Assembly (NCBI GenBank): GCA_963789965.1
Contig: CAWBMO010000006.1
Coordinates: 402,136 to 466,135, forward strand
DNA from: an uncultured Acidobacteriota bacterium
GTDB lineage: Bacteria > Acidobacteriota > Vicinamibacteria > Vicinamibacterales > CAVVIG01
DNA length: 64,000 nucleotides
Reading direction: 5' to 3'
The notes under the pieces were generated by a model that was not told the origin of the DNA, did no database searches, and worked only from the letters and a program-made list of their open reading frames with translations. How positions within the stretch are numbered: the first letter of the stretch is position 1; the number at the start of each line of letters is the position of its first letter. This document shows, one piece after another, positions 49,343-58,138 of this stretch. The position numbers and the translations under genes were made by a program.

Positions 49343-50581
49343 TCAGGCGTGCGCGAATTGTCCAAAACGGGCGCGGAACGCATCTTCGCCAAGGCCGGCG
49401 GCCTTGGAGAGCGCGGCGACCCACGCCGCGTCCGTGAAGTCGCGAGGGCCGAGCCGCACCATGTACTCGCGCGCCACCTGATAGCTCTCGGTCGTGACGT
49501 CCACGGCACGCCGCCGGCCATTGCCGCTCGGGTCGAGGACGTCCGCAAAAGGGATCGGCGTGAACTCGCCTCCCTGGATGGTCACGAGCGCGCCCGATCC
49601 GCCGTTGAGGAGGTAGTTCACGGCGGCGTAACCGAGATCGCGAGCGTACTCGGCGTCGAACGGGATGGGCGGGGCGCACCGCAGCTCGTAGCCAATCGTC
49701 TTGTCCACGATCGTCACCTTGATGCCGCGTTGCTCGAGCCGCATCTGGACTTCGCTCTTGACCTTCCGTCCGAGGTCGATTTCCGTGACCCGGATGTTGC
49801 CCTGTGCGTCGCGGTCCACGTCCTGCAGTTCCGCCACTTCGCGGGGGCTGAAGCGCTCGACGAGGGCTTCGGAAAGGAGGGCGACGCCGTACGACTTGCC
49901 CATCGCTCGCCGCTTGATGATGCTCCCCTCGACGATGTCGGCAATGTCGGAAAGCGAAATCAGTCCTTCTGGAAACTCTTCGGGAATGATCGTGCATGTC
50001 GCGCTCACCGCTTTGCCGATCCCCAGCGTCAAATGCCCGGTGGGCCGGCCCATTGTCACGCCAAGGTACCAGCGGCCGGTCGTTTTCGCGTCCTCCATGA
50101 GGCTCTTCACGATACCGACGCCAGTGTGACGGGCCGTTTCGTAGCCGAGCGTCGCGAGCGGCAGCGGGAGCCACAGATCGTTGTCGATGCTCTTGGGCAC
50201 CTGCACGACCTTCACGACGCCGCGCTGCTCGATCGCGACGGCGCTGCGCACCATGTCGTCGCCGCCAATGCAGACGAGCGCATCGATCTTGAGCTTGGCG
50301 AGCGCCGCGACTGTGTTCTCGAGGCTCTCGGGGTCGCGCGTGACGTCGCGCCGCGAGGTGCCGAGGAGCACGCCCCCATCGAGGTGGATGCGCGAGACTT
50401 CCTCGATCGTCAACTCGTGCTGTTCGTCGGTGTAGCGCTGGGCGAGCCAGTCGAAGCCGTCGTTGAAGCCGATCGGCACCCGTCCGACTTTGATCGCTTC
50501 GATGGCGACCGCGCTGATGACGCCGTTCGTCCCGGGTGCGGGGCCCCCGCCGACGATGATACCGATGCGTTTGATGGGCAT
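49343..50581 (-). CDS. pfk: 6-phosphofructokinase (ATP- or PPi-dependent)
   Basis: MPIKRIGIIVGGGPAPGTNGVI, IGGDD and PKSIDNDL motifs. Confidence 0.85.
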   Translation of the reverse strand: MPIKRIGIIVGGGPAPGTNGVISAVAIEAIKVGRVPIGFNDGFDWLAQRYTDEQHELTIEEVSRIHLDGGVLLGTSRRDVTRDPESLENTVAALAKLKIDALVCIGGDDMVRSAVAIEQRGVVKVVQVPKSIDNDLWLPLPLATLGYETARHTGVGIVKSLMEDAKTTGRWYLGVTMGRPTGHLTLGIGKAVSATCTIIPEEFPEGLISLSDIADIVEGSIIKRRAMGKSYGVALLSEALVERFSPREVAELQDVDRDAQGNIRVTEIDLGRKVKSEVQMRLEQRGIKVTIVDKTIGYELRCAPPIPFDAEYARDLGYAAVNYLLNGGSGALVTIQGGEFTPIPFADVLDPSGNGRRRAVDVTTESYQVAREYMVRLGPRDFTDAAWVAALSKAAGLGEDAFRARFGQFAHA

Positions 50582-50604
50582 GGTTGCTCGCTGCCGGTGG
50601 CTCC

Positions 50605-51897
50605 TTACGGCTTCATCGAACCGAGGTACTCGAAGCGCTGGCGGAACGCACCTGGCGTCAGATGGGCCGCGTCGGCAAGCCGGTCCACCCAGGCAGCGTG
50701 AGCGAAATCCTCGCCTTCGAGTCGGATCATGTAGGCGCGGGCGACTCGGAACCCCTCGCTATTGGTGTCCACGAGGCGCAGCTTCGTCTTGCCGGTGGCC
50801 GGCTCCTTGAGGTCGTCGAGGGGAATGGGCACGAGACGCCCCCCCTGGATGCTGACCATGGCCCCGCTGCCGCCGCCGAGCAGAAATTTCACCGCACTGT
50901 AGCCAAGGTCGCGGCAGTACTCGGCATCGAAAGGGATAGGGTCGGCGCATCGGAGCTCGTAACCGAGGTTCTTGTGTGTGATCGTGACGCGGAGACCGCG
51001 CTCGCTGAGCCGCCCCTGTATCTCGGCTTTGACCTTTCGCGCGAGATCGACTTCGGCGAACCGTACGTGTCCGTGCTCGTCGCGCTCGACATCCTCCAGC
51101 TCGGCGAGTTCGGCCGGATCGAGCTTGTCGATGAGACCCTCGCCCAGCACGGCGACGCCGAAGTGGCGCCCCATCGCCCGTCGCTTGATAATCGCGCCTT
51201 CGACAATGTCGCAGATCGTGGCAAACGGCACAAACGGCGAGTTGTATTCCTCGGCGATCAGGGTGAGCGTGGCTCCGGCCGCCTTGCCGATGCCGAGCGC
51301 AAGGTGGCCCGCCTTGCGCCCCATCGCGACAACGACGTACCAACGGCGAGTGGACCTCGCGTCTTCCATCAGGTTTCTGACCAGCTCGACTCCTACATGC
51401 CGGGCGGTCTGAAAGCCGAACGTGGGCACGTGCGGAGGCAGCGGTAGATCGTTGTCGATCGTCTTCGGCACGTGCACATTGTGGATGGCGCCCGTCGAGT
51501 GTTCGCTGACATAGCGCGACGAGAGCGCCGTATCATCGCCGCCAATTGTCACGAGGTGTGTGATGCCCGCCTGCTGCAGCGTCTCAATCACAGCCCGCGT
51601 CGCCTCGGGAGAGGCGGTCGGATTCTCGCGCGAGGTCCCGAGCATGGACCCCCCGAGCAAGTGAATCCGCGACACATCGTCGATGGCGAGCGGCCGCAGC
51701 CCGGACGGGTCCCTGCGGACCAGGTGCTTGAACCCATCGCGAATGCCGATGACCTCGAAGCCCTGGTTGAGCGCCTCGATGGTCGCGGCCGAGATGACGG
51801 CATTGATGCCTGGGGCCGGTCCGCCGCCGACGAGAATGCCGAGGCGCTTCGATGATCCCATGTGTCGGATTCTCATGGGGCCGTTCGCCGCTGTCAA
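50605..51897 (-). CDS. pfk: 6-phosphofructokinase paralog (start uncertain: 51897 TTG, 51876 or 51861 ATG)
   Basis: KRLGILVGGGPAPGINAVI, IGGDD and PKTIDNDL motifs. Lies in tandem with 49343-50581. Confidence 0.85.
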   Translation of the reverse strand: MTAANGPMRIRHMGSSKRLGILVGGGPAPGINAVISAATIEALNQGFEVIGIRDGFKHLVRRDPSGLRPLAIDDVSRIHLLGGSMLGTSRENPTASPEATRAVIETLQQAGITHLVTIGGDDTALSSRYVSEHSTGAIHNVHVPKTIDNDLPLPPHVPTFGFQTARHVGVELVRNLMEDARSTRRWYVVVAMGRKAGHLALGIGKAAGATLTLIAEEYNSPFVPFATICDIVEGAIIKRRAMGRHFGVAVLGEGLIDKLDPAELAELEDVERDEHGHVRFAEVDLARKVKAEIQGRLSERGLRVTITHKNLGYELRCADPIPFDAEYCRDLGYSAVKFLLGGGSGAMVSIQGGRLVPIPLDDLKEPATGKTKLRLVDTNSEGFRVARAYMIRLEGEDFAHAAWVDRLADAAHLTPGAFRQRFEYLGSMKP

Positions 51898-52036
51898 ACT
51901 CCGCGAGAGAGCGTGAAGTCGTCATCGAAGCGGTAACGGGCGACGAGTCTTTCGGTCTGCTATATTCCCAGGGTCGCGATACCTATGAAACGCCTTCTTG
52001 CTCTCGCCGTCGCCGTTGCCTCTCTCTGCTCTCTGC

Positions 52037-53395
52037 ATGCGCAAGCGCCGACCGCTAGGTCAGAACGTCGACTGGGAAAAACTCAGGCCCGAAATCCTCG
52101 GACACTATCGTGCCTTGGTGCAGATCGACACCACGGCGGGCCACGAAACGCTGGCAGTCGACTACTTGAAGAAGATTCTGGAGAGCGAAGGAATCCCTGC
52201 CAAGGTCTTCGCGTTGGATCCCGCCCGCGCCAACCTCGTCGCACGGCTCAAGGGCAACGGGTCCAAGCGGCCTCTGCTCATTCTGGCCCATACGGACGTG
52301 GTCGGCGTACAGCGCGACAAGTGGCCCGTGGATCCTTATGGCGCGGTCATGAAGGATGGCTACATCTGGGGACGCGGCAGCAAAGACGACAAGCCGGTGC
52401 TGGCCGCGAATCTCATCACCATGCTGATGCTGAATCGCCTGAGGGTCCAACTGGATCGCGACGTGATCTTTCTTGCCGAATCAGGTGAAGAGGCCGATGT
52501 CACCGGCGTCGGAATCAACTATATGGTCCGCGAGCACTTCGCTGAGATCGACGCTGAATTTGCCATGACGGAAGGCGGCGGCGCGACCCTCGAAGGCGCG
52601 CGCGTGACCCGGGTCAATATCGGCACGGCGGAAAAACTGCCGGCGCGTGTGCGACTGGTGGCTACTGGCACTGCCGGACACGGCTCTGTTCCACGTCTGG
52701 ACAACGCGCTGGTTCATCTGAGCGCCGCGGTCGACAAAGTGGGCCGATGGGAGACGCCGATGCGGCTGAATGACACGACGCGCGCATACTTTGAAAAACT
52801 GGCCGCCATCAGTGCGCCGGAGCGGGCGGCGATCTACAAGGCTCTGCTCGATTCCAAAACCGCGGCTGGTGCTCAGAAGTTCCTGCGTGAACATGCGCCT
52901 GGAGAATATTCCATGTTGCGCACCTCGGTGGTCCCCACCTTGCTGAAGGCTGGAGTGGGAGCAAACGTGATCCCGTCGGAAGCAGAAGCCACTTTGGATA
53001 TTCGAGCGCTACCGGGCGAAGATATCAACAGGTTCTACGCGGAAATGGCGAAAGTGATCAACGATCCGGCGGTTAAAATTGTGCCGCTGCCACAGGCCCG
53101 TCCCCCATCACCGGCATCCAAGCTCGAGACGGAGATGTACGCTGTGATGGAACGGGTAGCCAAGACCATGTATCCCGGCGCCGCGGTGTTACCATCCATG
53201 TCCACTGGCGCCAGCGACCAGGCCCAACTCCGCGCCAAGGGCATCCAGTCCTACGGCATCGGTCCTGCCTCAACGGAATCGGACTCGCTCAACTATCCCG
53301 CTCACGGTGATGTCGAGCGACTGGCTGAGTCGTCGCTGTATCCCTTCGTCCAGTACGTATGGAACGTGGTGACGGAGATCGCTGCCCATAAATAG
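52037..53395 (+). CDS. M20-family metallopeptidase (ArgE/DapE/CPG2-like)
   Basis: LILAHTDVVGV, GRGSKDDK and SGEE motifs. Start could be 51998 or 52037. A signal peptide-like ORF begins at 51985 in another frame. Confidence 0.8.
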   Translation: MRKRRPLGQNVDWEKLRPEILGHYRALVQIDTTAGHETLAVDYLKKILESEGIPAKVFALDPARANLVARLKGNGSKRPLLILAHTDVVGVQRDKWPVDPYGAVMKDGYIWGRGSKDDKPVLAANLITMLMLNRLRVQLDRDVIFLAESGEEADVTGVGINYMVREHFAEIDAEFAMTEGGGATLEGARVTRVNIGTAEKLPARVRLVATGTAGHGSVPRLDNALVHLSAAVDKVGRWETPMRLNDTTRAYFEKLAAISAPERAAIYKALLDSKTAAGAQKFLREHAPGEYSMLRTSVVPTLLKAGVGANVIPSEAEATLDIRALPGEDINRFYAEMAKVINDPAVKIVPLPQARPPSPASKLETEMYAVMERVAKTMYPGAAVLPSMSTGASDQAQLRAKGIQSYGIGPASTESDSLNYPAHGDVERLAESSLYPFVQYVWNVVTEIAAHK

Positions 53396-53462
53396 CGCCA
53401 GCCAGGCGCACGTGGTGGAAGTTATGTGGGGTTTTGACCTGCCTGTCCGGCTGGCTTACTGA

Positions 53463-53600
53463 GTTTGGAAGGTGCTTCGCAACATGACGGCCGTCGATGC
53501 CACCGGACTCCGCGCGCTTGAGGGCATTGCGCTCCGGCTGCGCGATTCCGGGCGCGCCGCGATCTTCCGCGGCGCGCGGGAGCAACCGCGGGCGGTCATG
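53463..53600 (+). pseudogene. STAS-domain fragment (C-terminal piece of a SulP-type transporter or anti-sigma antagonist)
   Basis: VDATGLRALEGIALRLRDSGRAAIFRGAREQPRAVM resembles the STAS core. Only ~45 codons, bounded by a stop upstream and by loss of similarity at ~53600. Confidence 0.4.
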
Positions 53601-53813
53601 GTCGTAGTGTTCGCTTGGGTAGCAGTAAACGGCTTTGTGCTCGCCGCCATGGACGCTGAGGTCAGCCTGACGGTCACCGTGCAAATTGAGCCTGCCCAAC
53701 GCGACGCGGCCTTCGACCGGCTGCTTGAAAATGGCCGTCGCCACGTTCTTGCCGTGCCAGGTGACGTCCTGGGGGAGCCCAGTGTTCACTGAGACCAGGT
53801 TCATCGCCTGCAA
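53597..53813 (-). pseudogene. MOSC-domain (YiiM-like) protein, N-terminal ~72 aa only
   Basis: VSVNTGLPQDVTWHGKNVATAIFKQPVEGRVALGRLNLHGDRQADLSVHGGEHKAVYCYPSEHYD is a strong YiiM-type N-terminus. The rest of the 174-aa ORF is unrelated Arg-rich sequence. Confidence 0.6.
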
Positions 53814-53910
53814 ATCCTTCCGACTGCGTCGGCCTGCTGCCCGCTATCCATGTCGGTCGCGCCGAATTCTTGACGAAGTATGACACGCGGCCAAAGAATA
53901 CAAACAACGT

Positions 53911-55776
53911 GTGCGGTTGAGGTCGTGCCCAACCGTGTCAGAATGTGGAGCGGACAACGCCATCTTGACAGCCCCACGCATCGTCGTTCCGGTCATCCTC
54001 CTTCTGCTCGCGCCGCCGGCCGCGAACGGGCAGACCGACGCCGCACGCGCGCGCGGGGCGGCGGTTCGCGCGCTGCCAATGTTGCAACGGTCGGTTCAGG
54101 CCTTTGTCAAGAACCGGAGTTGTGTGTCGTGCCATCACAACTCCATCGCCGTAATGGCGTTGCGAATGGCGCAGAGGCAGCATCTGGCGGTGGACGTGGC
54201 GGTGCTCGACGGCGTGGAGACGAAGACGTTCCGCCAGCTGCGCTCCGCGACCGCGGTTGACGATGCGGTTCAGGCGGTGGGGATGTCGGATCCGACGCCG
54301 AGCGCAAGCTACCTGCTGATGGCGGCGCACGACGCGCGGCTGCCGGCCGATCTGGCGACGGCGACCTGGGCGGCGCGCATCGCTCGATGGCAGCTCGAGG
54401 ACGGGCATTGGACGACGTCGGACTTCCGGCCCCCCCACTCAGGCAGCCTGTTTACGGCGACGGCGACGGCCGTGCGGGCGATTCAGGCATACATGCCGGC
54501 GGAGCTCGCCTCCGAGCGGGACGGTGCCCTGCAACGGGCGGCAACGTGGCTGCGTTCAAACCATCCGCGTTCGACCGAAGACGCGGCGTTCAGGATCATG
54601 GGCCTGGCATCCGCCGGGGCATCTGCAGACGACTTGCGGCTGGCGAGCGCGGACCTCGTGGCTCTGCAACAGCCCGATGGCGGCTGGCCTCAGCTTGCCG
54701 GATACCAGTCGGACGCGTACTCGACGGGCGAAGCGCTCGTCGCGCTGCACGAGGCGGGTGTCCCGGCCGCGGACCGCGCAACCTCGCGTGGCGTGGCGTT
54801 CCTGGTGTCCTCGCAGGCCCGCGACGGCACGTGGCGCGTGCGGACTCGAATGATCTCGCCCGCCGAAGTGAGCCCGATGTATTTCGCCACCGGGTTTCCG
54901 TACGGCAAAGACGAGTTCCTGTCCTTCACCGGGTCGTGCTGGGCCGTCATGGGTCTGCTCTCGACGTTGCCGGATGCGCCTGCGGAAAACGTCGCGACCA
55001 CGCCGGCCGAACCCGCGGCGATGCCCGCGTGGGTCCGCACGGCGCTCTTCGAGCCGCCAGCCGCGTTGGCCGCCTTGCTGAATGCCGGTCTGAATCCGAA
55101 CGCGCAGACCGCCGGCGGCACGACGCTGCTGATGGCATCGGCCTGGGACGCGGCCAAGGTGCGTCTGTTGATCGAGAAGGGCGCGAACGTCACCGTCAGG
55201 TCGCCTGCCGGCGCCGACGCGATCACCGCGGCGAGCGGCATTCCAAGGTCGACGGCGTCGCTGCGCGCGCTGCTCGATGCTGGCGGTCCCGCCGAACCGC
55301 CTGACGGCGTACGCGTCCGCCGTTCGCCCATCGTCCTGGCGTCGATGGCCGGCGACATGGAGAACGTGCGGCTCCTGCTCTCGCGCGGCGCGAAGGCGTC
55401 GGCCGAAGCGGCTGCCGAAGCCGTGACCTTCGGCCATGCGGACGTGCTCGCCGCGCTCGTCGCCGGCGGCGCCGACGTGTCGGGCGCCGAATCGACCGGT
55501 GTCAACCTGCTGCACTGGGCGACGATCACGAACCGCACCGCCGTCATCCCGGTTCTCCTTGCCGCCGGCGTCCCGCTCGACGCCGTGGATGGATTCGGCT
55601 TCACTCCGCTGATGTATGCCGCCACGCTCGATCAGGGAGAGACCGGGGCGTTGGAGGCGCTGCTGAGGGCTGGGGCCGACCGCAGCGTCAAGAATGAAGA
55701 GGGACGCACGGCACTCCAGCAGGCGCAGCGACTCGGCCACACACAGCATGCGAACGTGCTGAAGCGGGCCCGCTGA
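53911..55776 (+). CDS. Prenyltransferase/squalene-oxidase-repeat (alpha-alpha toroid) protein fused to C-terminal ankyrin repeats, with an N-terminal CxxCH motif
   Basis: CVSCHH at the N-terminus. QLEDGHWT, QQPDGGWPQ and SQARDGTWR resemble terpene-cyclase-type repeats. Ankyrin repeats include GGTTLLMASAW..LLIEKGANV and GFTPLMYAA...LLRAGADRSVKNEEGRTALQ. Confidence 0.7.
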   Translation: MRLRSCPTVSECGADNAILTAPRIVVPVILLLLAPPAANGQTDAARARGAAVRALPMLQRSVQAFVKNRSCVSCHHNSIAVMALRMAQRQHLAVDVAVLDGVETKTFRQLRSATAVDDAVQAVGMSDPTPSASYLLMAAHDARLPADLATATWAARIARWQLEDGHWTTSDFRPPHSGSLFTATATAVRAIQAYMPAELASERDGALQRAATWLRSNHPRSTEDAAFRIMGLASAGASADDLRLASADLVALQQPDGGWPQLAGYQSDAYSTGEALVALHEAGVPAADRATSRGVAFLVSSQARDGTWRVRTRMISPAEVSPMYFATGFPYGKDEFLSFTGSCWAVMGLLSTLPDAPAENVATTPAEPAAMPAWVRTALFEPPAALAALLNAGLNPNAQTAGGTTLLMASAWDAAKVRLLIEKGANVTVRSPAGADAITAASGIPRSTASLRALLDAGGPAEPPDGVRVRRSPIVLASMAGDMENVRLLLSRGAKASAEAAAEAVTFGHADVLAALVAGGADVSGAESTGVNLLHWATITNRTAVIPVLLAAGVPLDAVDGFGFTPLMYAATLDQGETGALEALLRAGADRSVKNEEGRTALQQAQRLGHTQHANVLKRAR

Positions 55777-55787
55777 CGAAGCGTCGT

Positions 55788-56519
55788 CTATCCCGTCAGG
55801 TCAATGTCCGCAACGATGAGATCCTCCGTCAGTTGCTGCGCTGACTGAAGTACATTCCCACGCGAATCGATGATGGCGGACGATCCGTACGAAACCATGC
55901 TATCGGTGCGACCGGCGACATCGGCACGGATGACGGAAACGCTGTTTTGGGTCGCCAGAGCGATGTCGACATTCCTCGCCTGTGCAGCGACATCCGCCCT
56001 CTCCGGAGGAAGGCCGTTGTTCGTCGGTATGAACAGCGCTGTCGCGCCTTTTGAGGCCATCATCCTCGTCAGCGCGGGATAGTTGGAATCGTTGCAGATC
56101 AGGATCCCGAATGTCAGTCCGCCCACCTGGAACACTGGTGTCCCGTCACCAGCGTCATAAATCGACTGGTTAATCGCGGGGTACAGCTTGCGGTACAGAC
56201 CGATGATCGACGCCTTGTGAAAGACCGCGGCACTGTTGTGCAGCCGCCCTGTCCCTGTCAGCTCGGTAAAGCCCACGATGGTCGTGACCGTGTCGCTTGC
56301 GAGAGGGGCAAGCGCGCGGGCGAGCTCTTCGCCGCGCGCGTCAATTGCGAATTCGTGGGGATCCTCGGCATGGTCCGCCAAGCCTCCCAGAATCGCTTCT
56401 GGGCAACAGAGGATGGCCACGCCGTGAGACTCACACCACTCCACTCGCGTGCGTATCAGATTGATGGCGTCCCGAGAGCCGGAGTTGAGCAGGGGAGCCT
56501 GGTAGGCGGCAACTCTCAC
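55788..56519 (-). CDS. Carbon-nitrogen hydrolase (nitrilase superfamily)
   Basis: Glu in CCPEA, Lys in YRKLYP and Cys in ILICNDSNYP form an E-K-C triad pattern. Confidence 0.8.
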   Translation of the reverse strand: MRVAAYQAPLLNSGSRDAINLIRTRVEWCESHGVAILCCPEAILGGLADHAEDPHEFAIDARGEELARALAPLASDTVTTIVGFTELTGTGRLHNSAAVFHKASIIGLYRKLYPAINQSIYDAGDGTPVFQVGGLTFGILICNDSNYPALTRMMASKGATALFIPTNNGLPPERADVAAQARNVDIALATQNSVSVIRADVAGRTDSMVSYGSSAIIDSRGNVLQSAQQLTEDLIVADIDLTG

Positions 56520-56598
56520 ACGTTTGCATCCGGAGCGCGGAGTTGAGGCTCGATGTTCAAGTTTGGCTCATCCCTTGTTTGTCGTCGCGGTCATCGTC

Positions 56599-57939
56599 CT
56601 ACAGGTACATCGCGTACTGTTCGCCCTCTTCAAAGATACGACTTACCACGAGAATACCGACGTTGCCGGTCTTTCCGCCGAAGAGTTGGCGCCACAGTCT
56701 CGTCATGAGCGGAAGGCTCGTCACGGAACGTTCGGCGCGGTGCCGTCGCACCCACAGTACGCCGTTCTGCGACACGGCCCGCCGGCCCCCTTCGGCAATC
56801 GTCTCAATCAGGTGATCGGGGACTATCCACTCTTGGAGTGTTTGCACTGTCCCGTCGAACGTTCGGCTGATCTGGTCATGCCACCGGAGCTCGATGAGCG
56901 AGACGAGCACCCCGGTTGCGAGAATGACGATGACCGCTGCCAACATGTACAGATTGAAATCTGGACCCAACACTCGTTCGAGCCATGAGTGCGCGAGCAT
57001 CTTGACGCCGACCGTCAGAAGCACGACCGCCAGCGCCGGCTTCAAATAGCGGAAGACGTGCAGCGCGCCGGCGAGAGCGAAATAGAGCGAGCGGAGGCCG
57101 AGGATGGCGAACACGTTGCTCGTGAAGACCAGGAAAGGGTCCGCGGTGATGGCGAAGATCGCGGGAATCGAGTCCACCGCAAATATCAGATCTGTCGTCT
57201 CGACCATCACCAGGGCCAACGCGAGAGGTGTCAGCATCCACCCGCCTCGGCGAACCCCACTCACGGTGGCGTCTGTGCCAGACGCTTGAGGCCCGAGCGA
57301 ATCACGCGCGGGCGCTCTCACGAGGAAGTGTTCTCCCTCTAACTGTTCCGTCACAGGCAGGAATCTCCGCATCAGGCGGACCACGACGATCTTCCCCGGA
57401 TCGCCGGACTCAGCATTTATGAACAGCATCTTCACCGCGGTCAGCACGAGCACTGCGCCGAAGACAGGCAGAATCCAGGAGAACTCCGCGACGAGCCGGG
57501 CGCCGATCGCGATCATGGCCCCGCGCATCGCCAATGCCCCGAGAATTCCCCAAAACAGCACGCGATGTTGGTGCTCCCTGGGGATGGCGAAGTAGCCCAA
57601 CAGGGTGGCTATGACGAACACGTTGTCGGCGCTGAGAGAGAGCTCGATGACGTATCCGGTGAGAAACTTCAGCAGGGCCGACCGCGCGTCGTTCACTCGC
57701 CCGTCCGGGTAGACCGCGCTGCGATCCACTGGGTCCGGCTCGAGACCCAACCCCAGCCAGTGATGTTCGTAGCCCAGGTAGACGAAACAGGCAAAGGCCA
57801 GGGCCGTCGAGATCCAGACGACGGTCCACGTCAGAGCCTCGCGGACAGACACGACGTGCGCGCGTCGATGGAACACGCCAAGATCGATGGCCAGCAGAGC
57901 GATGATAAAGATGAGGAAAACAATCCAGACGAGCACCAC
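56599..57939 (-). CDS. terC: TerC-family integral membrane protein with a C-terminal extension
   Basis: DLGVFHRRAHVVSVREALTWTVVWI and LSADNVFVI are TerC signatures. GTG 57939 is preceded by AAGGAGG. Confidence 0.85.
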   Translation of the reverse strand: MVLVWIVFLIFIIALLAIDLGVFHRRAHVVSVREALTWTVVWISTALAFACFVYLGYEHHWLGLGLEPDPVDRSAVYPDGRVNDARSALLKFLTGYVIELSLSADNVFVIATLLGYFAIPREHQHRVLFWGILGALAMRGAMIAIGARLVAEFSWILPVFGAVLVLTAVKMLFINAESGDPGKIVVVRLMRRFLPVTEQLEGEHFLVRAPARDSLGPQASGTDATVSGVRRGGWMLTPLALALVMVETTDLIFAVDSIPAIFAITADPFLVFTSNVFAILGLRSLYFALAGALHVFRYLKPALAVVLLTVGVKMLAHSWLERVLGPDFNLYMLAAVIVILATGVLVSLIELRWHDQISRTFDGTVQTLQEWIVPDHLIETIAEGGRRAVSQNGVLWVRRHRAERSVTSLPLMTRLWRQLFGGKTGNVGILVVSRIFEEGEQYAMYL

Positions 57940-57957
57940 GGGCCTCCTTGGACGCGT

Positions 57958-58050
57958 GGTAGTCTCGCTGGCTTCGCTGGTTCCAACCGGGAGCGAATGC
58001 TCCGTGTTGACGACTGGACCGCCCGTTAGCGCGGGTCGCTACTCCCTACC
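57958..58050 (-). promoter_or_regulatory. yybP-ykoY (manganese) riboswitch-like leader upstream of terC
   Basis: The minus-strand RNA is GGUAGGGAGUAGC...CCCGcgcuaaCGGG...CAGUCGUCAACAC-GGAGCauucGCUCC...AGCGAGACUACC. It has P1 GGUAG/CUACC plus the conserved GGGAGUAG, GUCGUCAA and AGC(G/A)AGAC blocks, in the known genetic context (TerC/Alx). Confidence 0.75.
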
Positions 58051-58138
58051 AAATTCAGCTTACCGCTGGCGCGAACAACTGTCAAAGGCGAGCTGCGCAT
58101 TTCCGCTGGTCTACAGGAGTTAGATCCCAAACTCCCAC

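Noticed and set aside
51985-52488. 167-aa ORF starting with the signal peptide at 51985, considered as a real protein.
   Set aside because: After the first ~24 residues the translation is Arg/Gly-rich nonsense overlapping the M20 peptidase frame. I kept only the signal-peptide observation as a possible frameshift.
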